DNA of 64,000 nucleotides from an uncultured Legionellales bacterium (GTDB lineage Bacteria; Pseudomonadota; Gammaproteobacteria; UBA1113): NCBI GenBank assembly GCA_945957175.1, contig CAMFJL010000006.1, positions 30,137 to 94,136 of the forward strand, read 5' to 3'. Shown piece by piece: positions 54,251 to 64,000 of this stretch (position 1 is its first letter; each line of letters starts with the position of its first letter). The notes under the pieces were generated by a model. It saw only the letters and a program-made list of their open reading frames with translations, ran no database searches and was not told where the DNA came from. The position numbers and the translations under genes were made by a program.

Positions 54251-55282
54251 ATGTCCTTGACACTCGCAGAATTAGCAAAGCATTTACAAGCCGAATTGGT
54301 TGGCGACGGTACGATTATTATCAGGGGTTTAGCCCCTATTCAGTCAGCTGATGCGTCGCAGGTGAGCTTTATTAATAATGCCAAATATGTAAAATACTTA
54401 GCAGCAACGAAGGCGTGTGCTGTTATCGTTGATAAACAATTAGCTGCGCGTGTTTCAGTCGCCAAATTGATAGTGCCGGATGCTTATGTCGCTTATGCCA
54501 AAGCTGCTGCATTATTTGCCAAGATTCCCCGTTTACCTGTCGGTATTCATCCAACAGCTGTTGTTGCCGCGTCTGCAAAGATAGGTACAGATTGTGCCAT
54601 TGGCCCTGGTGTGGTCATAGGCGAACATGCAGCCATTGGTGCACGTTGTCAAATTCATGCTGGCACCGTGATTGGTGATGAAGTTGAAATAGGTGATGAC
54701 AGTTGGCTTTGGGCCAATGTTACGCTTTATTATCGTGTTAAGCTCGGTCAACGTGTCATGGTTCACAGCGGTGCCGTGATTGGATCGGATGGCTTTGGTA
54801 TGGCCAATCACCAAGGCCGATGGATTAAAGTTTGCCAATTAGGTACGGTGGTGATAGGTAACGACGTTGAAATTGGTGCGCAAACAGCCATCGATAGAGG
54901 TGCTTTGGATGACACGATTATTGGTGATGGCGTTAAATTAGATAATCTGATTCAAATTGGCCACAACGTTAACATCGGCGTGCACACAGCCATTGCAGGC
55001 AGCGCAGCTGTTGCAGGCAGTACCACGATTGGCAAACATTGTATGATTTCCGGTGGCGTGAAGATTAACGGTCATATTCAGATAACCGATCAAGTCATTG
55101 TTACAGGCAATAGTGCTGTTTATTTTGATCTCAAAGAGCCAGGTGTTTACTCTTCAGGTACCTATGCGATTGCTCATAATACCTGGAAACGTAATGCACA
55201 TCGGTTTACGCAGCTCGATGATATGGCCAAGCGTATACGTCGTTTAGAACAATTACACGAGGATAGTCATGAAATCTCTTGA
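54251..55282 (+). CDS. lpxD: UDP-3-O-acylglucosamine N-acyltransferase
   Basis: 343 aa with left-handed beta-helix hexapeptide repeats and its position after skp. Confidence 0.8.
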   Translation: MSLTLAELAKHLQAELVGDGTIIIRGLAPIQSADASQVSFINNAKYVKYLAATKACAVIVDKQLAARVSVAKLIVPDAYVAYAKAAALFAKIPRLPVGIHPTAVVAASAKIGTDCAIGPGVVIGEHAAIGARCQIHAGTVIGDEVEIGDDSWLWANVTLYYRVKLGQRVMVHSGAVIGSDGFGMANHQGRWIKVCQLGTVVIGNDVEIGAQTAIDRGALDDTIIGDGVKLDNLIQIGHNVNIGVHTAIAGSAAVAGSTTIGKHCMISGGVKINGHIQITDQVIVTGNSAVYFDLKEPGVYSSGTYAIAHNTWKRNAHRFTQLDDMAKRIRRLEQLHEDSHEIS

Positions 55283-55736
55283 TATAAATGACATTAGACG
55301 TTATCTGCCGCACAGATATCCTTTTCTTTTAGTGGATAGGGTAGAGACGTATGAAGTAGGTAAGACCTTGCGGGCTATTAAAAATGTGTCAGTGAATGAA
55401 CCCTTTTTTAACGGCCATTTTCCTGAGCGCCCTGTGATGCCGGGTGTTTTAATTTTAGAAGCATTAGCCCAAGCGGGCGGTCTTTTGGCGGGTTTGTCGT
55501 CGCAGATGTTAGAGTCAGGTGAGCTATTCTTATTTGCAGCCATTGATAAAGCGCGATTTAAGCGTATTGTTGAGCCTGGTGATCAACTTATCCTGGACGT
55601 TGAAATTACGAAGTTCCGTCGTGACTTAGTAAAAGTTTATGCAGAAGCATCGGTGAAAGGCGAGCTTGCTTGCAGTGCCGAATTAATGAGTATACGTAAA
55701 GGAGGGGCTCGTGATACATCCAACAGCGATCATTGA
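55269..55736 (+). CDS. fabZ: 3-hydroxyacyl-ACP dehydratase FabZ
   Basis: …[13 protein letters not shown]…FFNGHFP… hot-dog signature; 155 aa. Confidence 0.85.
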   Translation: MKSLDINDIRRYLPHRYPFLLVDRVETYEVGKTLRAIKNVSVNEPFFNGHFPERPVMPGVLILEALAQAGGLLAGLSSQMLESGELFLFAAIDKARFKRIVEPGDQLILDVEITKFRRDLVKVYAEASVKGELACSAELMSIRKGGARDTSNSDH

Positions 55737-56481
55737 TCCCTCTGCCAAGCTTGGCGATAACGTGACGGTCGGTGCCTATACGCTGATTGGTCCAGATGTA
55801 GTGATTGGTGAGGGTACAGACATTGGCCCTCATGTGGTCATTAAAGGCCCGACAATCTTAGGTAAAAACAATAAGATTTTTCAGTTTGCTTCTATTGGTG
55901 AAATGCCTCAAGATCTCAAATTTAAGGGCGAACATACGACACTCGAGATGGGTGACAATAACATTGTTCGTGAGTTTGTGACGCTCAATCGAGGTACGAT
56001 ACAAGGCGGTGGCGCTACAAAAATTGGCAACCAAAATTTATTTATGGCTTATGTACACATTGCCCATGATTGCATCATTGGCAACCAAGTCATTTTTGCA
56101 AATAACGCATCCTTAGCTGGTCATGTCATTGTGGATGATTTTGCAACCATTTCTGGTTTTTGCATTGTGCGTCAGTTTACCAGAGTGGGTCAGTATAGCT
56201 TTGTTGCCGGTGGTTCAGGTGTTGGTAAAGACGTATTAGCATTTACACTTGTTTCTGGTGTGCCTGCACGTGCTCGTGGTCTTAACCTTGTAGGTTTAAG
56301 GCGTCGTGGCTTTAGTGCAGAACAATTATTACAGTTACGCCGTGCATATAAAGTGATTTATCGTCAAGGTTTAACAACAGAAGAAGCGATTGCGGTGTTG
56401 GAGACTATGGTGCCCGGTTTTGCTGACCTTCAGTTATTGATAGACGGTATGCGTGGTGCTGAGCGTGGTATTGCACGCTAA
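55711..56481 (+). CDS. lpxA: acyl-ACP--UDP-GlcNAc O-acyltransferase
   Basis: [16 protein letters not shown]-terminus, hexapeptide repeats, 256 aa. Confidence 0.85.
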   Translation: MIHPTAIIDPSAKLGDNVTVGAYTLIGPDVVIGEGTDIGPHVVIKGPTILGKNNKIFQFASIGEMPQDLKFKGEHTTLEMGDNNIVREFVTLNRGTIQGGGATKIGNQNLFMAYVHIAHDCIIGNQVIFANNASLAGHVIVDDFATISGFCIVRQFTRVGQYSFVAGGSGVGKDVLAFTLVSGVPARARGLNLVGLRRRGFSAEQLLQLRRAYKVIYRQGLTTEEAIAVLETMVPGFADLQLLIDGMRGAERGIAR

Positions 56482-57653
56482 TGCAGGCAAGTAAGCGTCC
56501 GCTTCGTATTGCGGTGGTTTGCGGTGAAGCCTCGGGTGATGTGCTCGGAGCAAGTCTTATCAGCGCTTTACAACAGTCATTACCCGATGCCTGTTTTTAC
56601 GGTATCTGTGGGCCGCAAATGCTGGCACAAGGGTGTGAGTCCATATTTTCTATGGAAGCATTAGCCGTCATGGGTTTTGTGGATGTATTAGCAAAATTAT
56701 CTCATATCCTTGCGATTCGCAAAGCTTTTATGAAGACGCTGTTGGCGAATCCTCCAGACTTATTTATTGGCATCGATGCGCCAGATTTTAATTTACCCTT
56801 AGAAGTCAAACTTAAACGAGCAGGCATCCCTGTTGTTCATTATGTGAGTCCAACCATTTGGGCCTGGCGTCCTTCGCGGATTAAGCAAATCGCTAAGGGT
56901 GTTGATTTAATGTTGACTTTATTTCCATTTGAGGTGGCACTATATCAAGATCACAATATCCCGGCTTTGTGTGTGGGACATCCGTTAGCAAGTGAACTTA
57001 AACATTGTGACATGCTTGAAGCACGCAAAATCTTAGCCTTACCTCAATTAACACCGGTTGTCGCCTTATTACCCGGTAGCCGTGCGGGTGAGCTTCGTTA
57101 TATCGCAGAGCCTATGCTCAAAGCTGCAATATTATTGCTGGCAAATATGCCGGACATGACTTTTATTGCGCCCATGGTCAATCAGCGTTTAGCAATACTT
57201 TTCCGGCAAGCGATCCGTCGTTACGCACCAGAGCTACCCATTAAAATAGTCTTACAACAAAGTGATTTGGCGATGTGTGCAGCCGATTGCGCCATGGTAA
57301 AATCAGGGACATCAACTTTACAAGCGATGCTTTTGGCTATTCCACAAATCGTGGTTTTTAAAATAGGCCGTATTAACGCGTTTATCTTAAAGTGGTTGGT
57401 GAAGACACCCTTCATTGCATTCCCGAATATTTTAGCAGGTCGCGCCATTGTGCCTGAGTTGCTGCAAGATAAAGCATCGCCGAAAAACATTGCGAATAGT
57501 ATGATGGCTTTATTGACCGAGCCGGCTATTTGTCAGGCACAGCAACAAGCCTATGCCTTGGCAGCGCGAGGTTTGGAAGGTGATGCGAGTGCGGCTGCCG
57601 CCGCTGCTATTTTAACATTGCTGGAGGCAATGCCTTCGCAACAACAAAGCTAG
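56481..57653 (+). CDS. lpxB: lipid-A-disaccharide synthase
   Basis: 390-aa GT19 family protein. …GEASGD… near the N-terminus, and the TAATG overlap with lpxA. Confidence 0.8.
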   Translation: MQASKRPLRIAVVCGEASGDVLGASLISALQQSLPDACFYGICGPQMLAQGCESIFSMEALAVMGFVDVLAKLSHILAIRKAFMKTLLANPPDLFIGIDAPDFNLPLEVKLKRAGIPVVHYVSPTIWAWRPSRIKQIAKGVDLMLTLFPFEVALYQDHNIPALCVGHPLASELKHCDMLEARKILALPQLTPVVALLPGSRAGELRYIAEPMLKAAILLLANMPDMTFIAPMVNQRLAILFRQAIRRYAPELPIKIVLQQSDLAMCAADCAMVKSGTSTLQAMLLAIPQIVVFKIGRINAFILKWLVKTPFIAFPNILAGRAIVPELLQDKASPKNIANSMMALLTEPAICQAQQQAYALAARGLEGDASAAAAAAILTLLEAMPSQQQS

Positions 57654-57673
57654 TCATTGAAAGGCGAAGAGTA

Positions 57674-58255
57674 ATGATGATGGTAAGGATTGCTGGGGTG
57701 GATGAGGCAGGTCGTGGTGCATGGGCAGGTCCTGTGTATGCGGCGGCGGTCATTTTAGATCCCAATGCGCCCATTGAGGGGCTTGCAGACTCTAAACTAC
57801 TAAGTCCAAAGCAAAGAGACGCTTTGTTTGAATGCATTACAGCAAAGGCGATGGCTTATGGTATTGCCAGTGCCACTGTTGAAGAAATTGATGTCATGAA
57901 TATTTTACAAGCAAGCTTGCTGGCCATGAAACGTGCGGTCGAGCAGCTGCTCATCCCGTTTCATGAGGTTTGGGTCGATGGTAACCAATCACCTGACTGG
58001 TCTTATACTACGCGGTGTATTATTGATGGGGATAATTTAGTGGATGCAATTAGTGCAGCATCCATTCTGGCAAAAGTCAGTCGTGATCGCGTGATGCAAT
58101 CGTTGGACAAACATTTTCCCTATGATTTTGCGAGTCACAAAGGTTATGGTACTGCACTACATCAGCAACGGTTGGATGAGCTTGGCGTCAGTCACGTGCA
58201 TCGTCGTAGTTTTAAGCCGATTAAGAAACGACTTGTTGAGGTATCTCATGTTTAA
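57674..58255 (+). CDS. rnhB: ribonuclease HII
   Basis: …IAGVDEAGRGAWAGPV… catalytic DEDD N-terminal motif; 193 aa. Confidence 0.85.
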   Translation: MMMVRIAGVDEAGRGAWAGPVYAAAVILDPNAPIEGLADSKLLSPKQRDALFECITAKAMAYGIASATVEEIDVMNILQASLLAMKRAVEQLLIPFHEVWVDGNQSPDWSYTTRCIIDGDNLVDAISAASILAKVSRDRVMQSLDKHFPYDFASHKGYGTALHQQRLDELGVSHVHRRSFKPIKKRLVEVSHV

Positions 58256-58281
58256 TTGCTGTTTCAAAAAGCATTGTTGTC

Positions 58282-61200
58282 ATGTCTCATCCTAGCTTTG
58301 TCCATTTGCATGTTCACAGTGAGTATTCGCTAGTCGATAGCTTAGTGCGGATTAAACCCCTTGTAAAAACACTGGCTAAGATGTCGATGCCTGCGGTTGC
58401 GCTTACCGATTATATGAATTTATTTGGCGCAGTTAAATTTTATCAAGCAGCCATAGCCCAGGGTATCAAACCGATCTTGGGTGCAGAACTTGCCATTGCT
58501 AATCCAGATGATGTGCATACGCCGTATCGTATGATAGTGCTTTGCCAAGATAATCAAGGATATCATCACCTATGCAAGTTGCTTTCTAAAGCGTATCAAG
58601 AAGGACAGCATCATGGCCAAGCTCAGTTAGCGCCGGAATGGCTTACTGAGTGGCAACAAGGGCTTATTCTCATTGCGGGTGCCAAAAGTGATATAGGCTC
58701 AGCGCTTCTTTCAGGACAAACGCCTATTGCAGCATCAAGACTGGCTTTCTGGCAGACATATTTTCCCAATCGTTTATATCTCGAGCTGCAACGGATTGGT
58801 GCTGCAGATGAGGCACATTACATTGCAGCAGTCTTGGCTTTAGCAAAAGAGCAGCAAGTGCCTGTCGTTGCAAGTCAATCCGTGCGATTTATGACTGCTA
58901 GCGATTTTGAAGCCCACGAAGCGCGGGTTTGTATCTCCGCGGGTTATACGCTCGATGATCCTAAACGTCCCCGACATTATACTTCGCAGCAATATTTGAC
59001 AGATGCAGCAACGATGACGGCTTTATTTGCAGATGTGCCCTCGGCACTTGCGAATACGGTAGAAATTGCTAAACGTTGTAATGTGACTTTACGTTTAGGT
59101 GAGCCCTGTTTGCCTAATTTTCCGATACCTCCCAGTGATACCTTAGCGAGTTATTTTACGAAAGTTAGCCATGATGGCTTACATAAGCGCATGACACTAT
59201 TCTCGGTGCTACCAGATGAATCCGCGCAACAAGCACGTGAGTTGCAGTATCAAGCGAGACTTGATGAAGAGCTACAAGTGATTTTACGTATGGGTTTTGC
59301 GGGTTATTTTCTTATTGTGGCTGATTTTATTGCGTGGTCAAAGCAAGAGGGGATCCCTGTAGGGCCCGGCCGAGGCTCTGGCGCTGGCTCGCTTGTGGCA
59401 TATGCGCTTGGTATTACAGATATTGATCCCATTCCTTACGATTTACTGTTTGAGCGATTTTTAAATCCTGAACGTGTATCGATGCCCGATTTTGACGTCG
59501 ATTTTTGTATGGATGGTCGGGATCGAGTCATTGAGTATGTTGCCAAACGCTATGGTCGCGAAGCGGTATCGCAAATTATCACCTACGGTACGATGGCAGC
59601 AAAAGCAGTCATTCGCGATGTGGGTCGTGTACTTGGTCACCCTTATGGTTTTGTGGACAAGTTAGCCAAACTGGTGCCGTTTGAGCTTGGTATTACCTTA
59701 GAAAAAGCGTTGGCACAAGAAGAGGCGCTTCGAGAGCGTTATAACACCGAAGAAGAAGTCACATCGCTCATTGATTTAGCGCTTAAGATAGAGGGTATTA
59801 CACGTAATGCTGGCAAGCATGCGGGTGGTGTCGTGATAGCGCCTTCTAAACTCACAGATTTTACTGCGCTTTATTGTGAAGAGGACAGTGAACAATGGGT
59901 GACACAATATGATAAAGACGATGTTGAAGCTGTTGGTTTAGTTAAGTTTGATTTTCTCGGTCTTCGTACGCTTACCATTATTAATTGGGCGGTTCAAGCC
60001 ATTAATCAACGTTTGCAAATAGAGCAAAAGCCCTTATTAGATATTGGACTTATTCCCGTAGATGATACTAAAACGTTTGAGCTACTTAAAGCTTGTGAAA
60101 CCACGGCAGTATTTCAGCTTGAATCGCGCGGTATGAAAGATTTAATTAAACGATTACAGCCAGATTGTTTTGAAGAGATTATCGCGCTTGTTGCATTATT
60201 TAGACCTGGGCCTTTACAATCAGGCATGGTGGATGATTTTATTAATTGTAAACATGGCTTGGCTGAGATTGTCTATCCACATCCTAAACTTGAAACCATT
60301 TTAAAACCAACATATGGCATTATTCTTTATCAAGAGCAAGTGATGCAAATTGCCCAAATTCTTGCAGGTTATACGCTGGGCGGTGCTGATTTATTACGTC
60401 GAGCTATGGGTAAGAAAAAACCTGAAGAAATGGCAAAGCAACGACAGATTTTTGTCAGTGGTGCTGTTTCCAATGAAGTATCGGCTGAGCTTTCAGGCAG
60501 TATTTTTGATTTAATGGAAAAATTTGCAGGCTACGGTTTTAATAAATCGCATTCAGCTGCTTATGCACTTATTGCATATCAAACGGCCTGGCTTAAAGCA
60601 CATTATCCTGCTGAGTTTATGGCAGCTGTGGCCTCTTCGGATATGGATAATACGGATAAAGTGCAAATTTTTGTCGATGAAATTAAGCGTATGCGTTTGC
60701 CCTTATTGCCACCTGATGTGAATCAATCAGCTTTCGCGTTTACGGTCAATGCTCAAGGCGACATACTCTACGGTTTAGGAGCCATCAAAGGCGCTGGCGA
60801 AGCGGCTATCCAAGTCATTGTGGCAGAGCGCGCGCAACAGGGTAGGTACCGGGATCTCTTTGAGTTTTGCAGACGTGTTGATTTACATAAAGTAAATAAG
60901 CGTGTACTGGAAGCCTTGATTTATAGTGGCGCAATGGATTGTTTCGGACAAGATCGCGGCGTATTATTTGCAACGCTTGAGCAAGCCGTATTGCTTGCTG
61001 AGATGGAGCATAAGAATAATCGCGTGGGGCAGGGTGATTTATTTGGCGCAACCGTGCCATCTATTCAGTGTTATGCCGCGAGTGCGCCTTGGTCTTTACA
61101 GCAGAGGCTACAGCAAGAAAAAGCCAGTCTTGGTTTTTATTTAAGTGGACATCCCATTGAAGCATATGCTAAAGAACTTGCCTGTTTTTGTACAGGGCGT

Positions 61201-61740
61201 ATTTCAGCTTTATCACCGACACAAAAACAGGTTTTGTTAGCGGGTTTTGTTAGCAGCTTGCGTACGCTTATCACGAAACGTGGCGACAGAATGGCCTTCA
61301 TTGCATTAGATGATGGACAGAGCAAAATCGAAATAGCGGTGTTTGCCGATATTTTTTCTGATACACGTGAATTATTAGAGAGCGATCAGCCTTTAGTGAT
61401 TGAAGGCGAAGTCAATTTAGATGATTATTCAGGTTCATTAAGGATGACTGCCAAACGGATTTTATCCATGGATATGGCACGTATGATTTATGCTAAATCA
61501 CTTACCCTTCATTTATCAGAGCATCATGTCACCGCTGAACATATGTCTTTGCTTAAAACCACATTAGGCAAACTACCTAAAGGTAATTTACCCGTTGTGG
61601 TGAATTATCAAAAATCCCATGTGCATATTCCGCTAACGCTGGGCGCTGCTTGGCGCATTAAGCCCACCGACGAAGCACTTGACTTGCTTAATGTTGCAGT
61701 AGGTGAGCAGCTTGCACAATATACGTATCCTCAACACTAA
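58282..61740 (+). CDS. dnaE: DNA polymerase III alpha subunit
   Basis: 1152 aa with the PHP domain (FVHLHVHSEYSL), a Pol IIIalpha core (…PDFDVDF…) and an OB fold. Confidence 0.9.
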   Translation: MSHPSFVHLHVHSEYSLVDSLVRIKPLVKTLAKMSMPAVALTDYMNLFGAVKFYQAAIAQGIKPILGAELAIANPDDVHTPYRMIVLCQDNQGYHHLCKLLSKAYQEGQHHGQAQLAPEWLTEWQQGLILIAGAKSDIGSALLSGQTPIAASRLAFWQTYFPNRLYLELQRIGAADEAHYIAAVLALAKEQQVPVVASQSVRFMTASDFEAHEARVCISAGYTLDDPKRPRHYTSQQYLTDAATMTALFADVPSALANTVEIAKRCNVTLRLGEPCLPNFPIPPSDTLASYFTKVSHDGLHKRMTLFSVLPDESAQQARELQYQARLDEELQVILRMGFAGYFLIVADFIAWSKQEGIPVGPGRGSGAGSLVAYALGITDIDPIPYDLLFERFLNPERVSMPDFDVDFCMDGRDRVIEYVAKRYGREAVSQIITYGTMAAKAVIRDVGRVLGHPYGFVDKLAKLVPFELGITLEKALAQEEALRERYNTEEEVTSLIDLALKIEGITRNAGKHAGGVVIAPSKLTDFTALYCEEDSEQWVTQYDKDDVEAVGLVKFDFLGLRTLTIINWAVQAINQRLQIEQKPLLDIGLIPVDDTKTFELLKACETTAVFQLESRGMKDLIKRLQPDCFEEIIALVALFRPGPLQSGMVDDFINCKHGLAEIVYPHPKLETILKPTYGIILYQEQVMQIAQILAGYTLGGADLLRRAMGKKKPEEMAKQRQIFVSGAVSNEVSAELSGSIFDLMEKFAGYGFNKSHSAAYALIAYQTAWLKAHYPAEFMAAVASSDMDNTDKVQIFVDEIKRMRLPLLPPDVNQSAFAFTVNAQGDILYGLGAIKGAGEAAIQVIVAERAQQGRYRDLFEFCRRVDLHKVNKRVLEALIYSGAMDCFGQDRGVLFATLEQAVLLAEMEHKNNRVGQGDLFGATVPSIQCYAASAPWSLQQRLQQEKASLGFYLSGHPIEAYAKELACFCTGRISALSPTQKQVLLAGFVSSLRTLITKRGDRMAFIALDDGQSKIEIAVFADIFSDTRELLESDQPLVIEGEVNLDDYSGSLRMTAKRILSMDMARMIYAKSLTLHLSEHHVTAEHMSLLKTTLGKLPKGNLPVVVNYQKSHVHIPLTLGAAWRIKPTDEALDLLNVAVGEQLAQYTYPQH

Positions 61741-61809
61741 AATACTCGAGTCTATGCATTTTGAAGACACTTGGGTATATACTATGCATCATAAAATCAG
61801 AGGATCTCA

Positions 61810-62496
61810 ATGACAGCCGATACGATTCCCGTCATCACGATTGATGGGCCAAGTGGTACAGGTAAAGGTACCGTGACACACATGTTAGCGCGCAGCCTCC
61901 ATTGGCATATGCTCGATTCAGGCGCAATTTATCGTTTGTTGGCGTACCTTGCCGAGCGAGATGCGGTTTCCTCGGAAGATGTATCTACCTTAACAACGCT
62001 TGCAGAACAGATGAATGCACATTTTCGCGCGACAGCGCCCGGTGAAAGTGAGATCTGGGTTGATGGTGTCGAAGTATCGAGTCTTATTCGCACAGAAACG
62101 ATGGGCAATATGGCTTCGCAAGTGTCTAAACATGCGAAGGTACGCGAAGCCCTTGTTGCTTGCCAACGTGCTTATCAGCGTGCGCCAGGCTTAGTGACGG
62201 ATGGCCGTGATATGGGGACAGTGATTTTTCCCGAGGCAAATCTCAAATTGTTTTTGACGGCAGAGCCCGAAGAGCGGGCTCGGCGGCGGTTAAAACAGTT
62301 GCAACAACAAGGTATTCATGCTAATCTTGACGAGATTTTGACCGAACAACATGCGCGTGATGCGCGTGATCAGGCCAGAGTCGTTGCACCTCTCAAGCCT
62401 GCGGATGATGCGGTTATCATTGATACCACATTATTAAATTCGCAAGAGGTCTTTGTGATGGTGCGAGGGATTGTGCATGAACGCTTAAGCGTTTAA
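61810..62496 (+). CDS. cmk: cytidylate kinase
   Basis: ITIDGPSGTGKGT P-loop; 228 aa; AGAGGA at -8. Confidence 0.8.
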   Translation: MTADTIPVITIDGPSGTGKGTVTHMLARSLHWHMLDSGAIYRLLAYLAERDAVSSEDVSTLTTLAEQMNAHFRATAPGESEIWVDGVEVSSLIRTETMGNMASQVSKHAKVREALVACQRAYQRAPGLVTDGRDMGTVIFPEANLKLFLTAEPEERARRRLKQLQQQGIHANLDEILTEQHARDARDQARVVAPLKPADDAVIIDTTLLNSQEVFVMVRGIVHERLSV

Positions 62497-62633
62497 CGCG
62501 CAAAAATATTAACATTTAACCTTGAGCTTGCCTTTGGGCGAGCGGATATACCTTTCGTTTTTCTCATATGCAATGTTGTTGCAAGTGTGAATACGCGGGT
62601 ATATGCATTTTGAAGAATGGGTATACACATATT

Positions 62634-64000
62634 ATGGCTATTGAAAATTTTGCTGAACTTTTCCAACAAAGCATCCAAAAACAAAACATCCATCCTGGCG
62701 CGGTTATCGAAGCGCGGGTTGTCAGTATTGATAAAGATTTTGTCTTAGTCGATGCGAATCTTAAATCGGAAGGCGTCATTGCCCGAGAACAATTTTTAAA
62801 CGATAAAGGCGAGCTTACCGTTAACATCGGTGATGTTGTCGATGTTGTACTTGAAACCATTGAAGATAGTTTTGGTGAAACCCGACTGTCTCGTGAAAAA
62901 GCCAAACGTGCTGAGGCGTGGACGAGACTTTCTCGCGCAAGTGAAAATAATCAAACCATCATCGGTATTATTACTGGCAAAGTGAAAGGTGGTTTCACCG
63001 TTGAAATTGATACGATTCGTGCGTTCTTACCGGGCTCATTAGTCGATGTGCGCCCAGTGCGTGATTCTTCATACCTTGAAGGTAAAGAACTTGAATTTAA
63101 AGTTATCAAGATGGATGCGAAGCGCAATAATGTTGTTGTGAGCCGTCGTGCTGTTGTTGAAGAAGAAAGCAGCAGTGAACGTGAAGCATTGCTCGGCGCC
63201 ATTGAAGAAGGTAAAGAACTCAAAGGTGTTGTTAAGAATTTGACCGACTATGGTGCGTTTATTGATTTAGGCGGTATCGATGGTTTGCTTCACATCACTG
63301 ATATGTCTTGGAAGCGTATTAAGCATCCAAGCGAACTTGTTAATGTAGGTGACGAAGTTCACGTGATTGTATTGAAATATGATCGCGAGCGTCAGCGTGT
63401 TTCCTTAGGTATGAAACAGTTAGGCGATGATCCATGGTTAGATATTACACGTCGTTATCCTGAAGATGCACGTTTATTTGGGCGTGTGACTAATATCGCT
63501 GATTACGGTTGCTTTGTGGAATTGGAAGATGGGGTTGAGGGTCTTGTACACGTGTCTGAAATGTCTTGGACCAACAAAAACATTCATCCTAGCAAAGTTG
63601 TGCAATTAGGTGATGAAGTTGAAGTCATCGTCTTAGAAATTGATCAAGAACGTCGTCGTATTTCTTTGGGTATCAAGCAATGTATTGAAAATCCATGGGA
63701 AGTTTTTGCAAACCAACATCATAAAGATGAAATCGTGACGGGTAAGATTAAATCTATCACTGATTTTGGTATCTTCATTGGTTTGGATGGTGGCATCGAC
63801 GGTTTAGTTCACTTGAACGATATTTCTTGGCAGGAATCAGGTGAAGAAGCTATTCGTAACTTTAAGAAAGGTGACGAAGTTACTGCCATTATTTTAGCGA
63901 TAGACCCAGAACGTGAACGTATTTCCTTAGGCATCAAACAGCTGGATAAAGAAGGTGCAGCTAATGCAAATACCGAAAGCAAATACAGCAAGGGCAGTAT
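62634..64000 (+). CDS. rpsA: 30S ribosomal protein S1 (5' part, runs off window end)
   Basis: The ATG at 62634 opens a frame that stays open to the window end. [13 protein letters not shown]… followed by repeated S1 domains (…[26 protein letters not shown]…). It is absent from the ORF track because no stop lies in the window. Confidence 0.85.
   Translation, partial: MAIENFAELFQQSIQKQNIHPGAVIEARVVSIDKDFVLVDANLKSEGVIAREQFLNDKGELTVNIGDVVDVVLETIEDSFGETRLSREKAKRAEAWTRLSRASENNQTIIGIITGKVKGGFTVEIDTIRAFLPGSLVDVRPVRDSSYLEGKELEFKVIKMDAKRNNVVVSRRAVVEEESSSEREALLGAIEEGKELKGVVKNLTDYGAFIDLGGIDGLLHITDMSWKRIKHPSELVNVGDEVHVIVLKYDRERQRVSLGMKQLGDDPWLDITRRYPEDARLFGRVTNIADYGCFVELEDGVEGLVHVSEMSWTNKNIHPSKVVQLGDEVEVIVLEIDQERRRISLGIKQCIENPWEVFANQHHKDEIVTGKIKSITDFGIFIGLDGGIDGLVHLNDISWQESGEEAIRNFKKGDEVTAIILAIDPERERISLGIKQLDKEGAANANTESKYSKGS

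Overview
The window reads as a gene-dense, almost entirely housekeeping stretch of a gammaproteobacterial chromosome. GC is about 45% by eye. Synteny is E. coli-like: lpoA-yraN-diaA-dolP, accD, cvpA, guaB, mlaFEDCB-ibaG-murA, fumC, degP, yoaA-tsaB, a 1613-aa NAD-glutamate dehydrogenase, mutM, hpf-ptsN-hprK-rapZ-EIIA-ptsO, aroC, pgsA, a three-gene tRNA cluster, ftsQAZ, dacC, kdsDC-lptCAB, guaC, pmbA, map, rpsB-tsf-pyrH-frr-uppS-cdsA-bamA-skp-lpxD-fabZ-lpxA-lpxB-rnhB-dnaE, cmk and a partial rpsA. I found no clear mobile elements, CRISPR arrays or defence islands. The main second-look items are: (1) a strand-inverted split of the near-universal lptB-rpoN-hpf cluster with no rpoN at either junction and guaC sitting where rpoN normally is; (2) a 319-aa AT-richer orphan ORF with its own strong promoter and SD, wedged between gdh and mutM, with a Ser/Thr/Pro-rich C-terminus that could mark a secreted effector; (3) a perfect 3x40-bp tandem repeat that re-duplicates the 3' end of pgsA; (4) a GC-rich palindromic element (GGCACGGCGTGCCGTGCC) present in two intergenic sites; (5) a 3x7-bp CTACAAT repeat forming stacked -10 hexamers in a near-consensus promoter before mlaF; (6) a 15-nt motif shared upstream of cmk and rpsA; (7) a thiamine-diphosphate-enzyme plus aldehyde dehydrogenase operon appended to map-bolA. 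Several ORF-track N-termini are over-extended, and I trimmed them to RBS-supported starts. Every identification is from reading the translations, with no database search.
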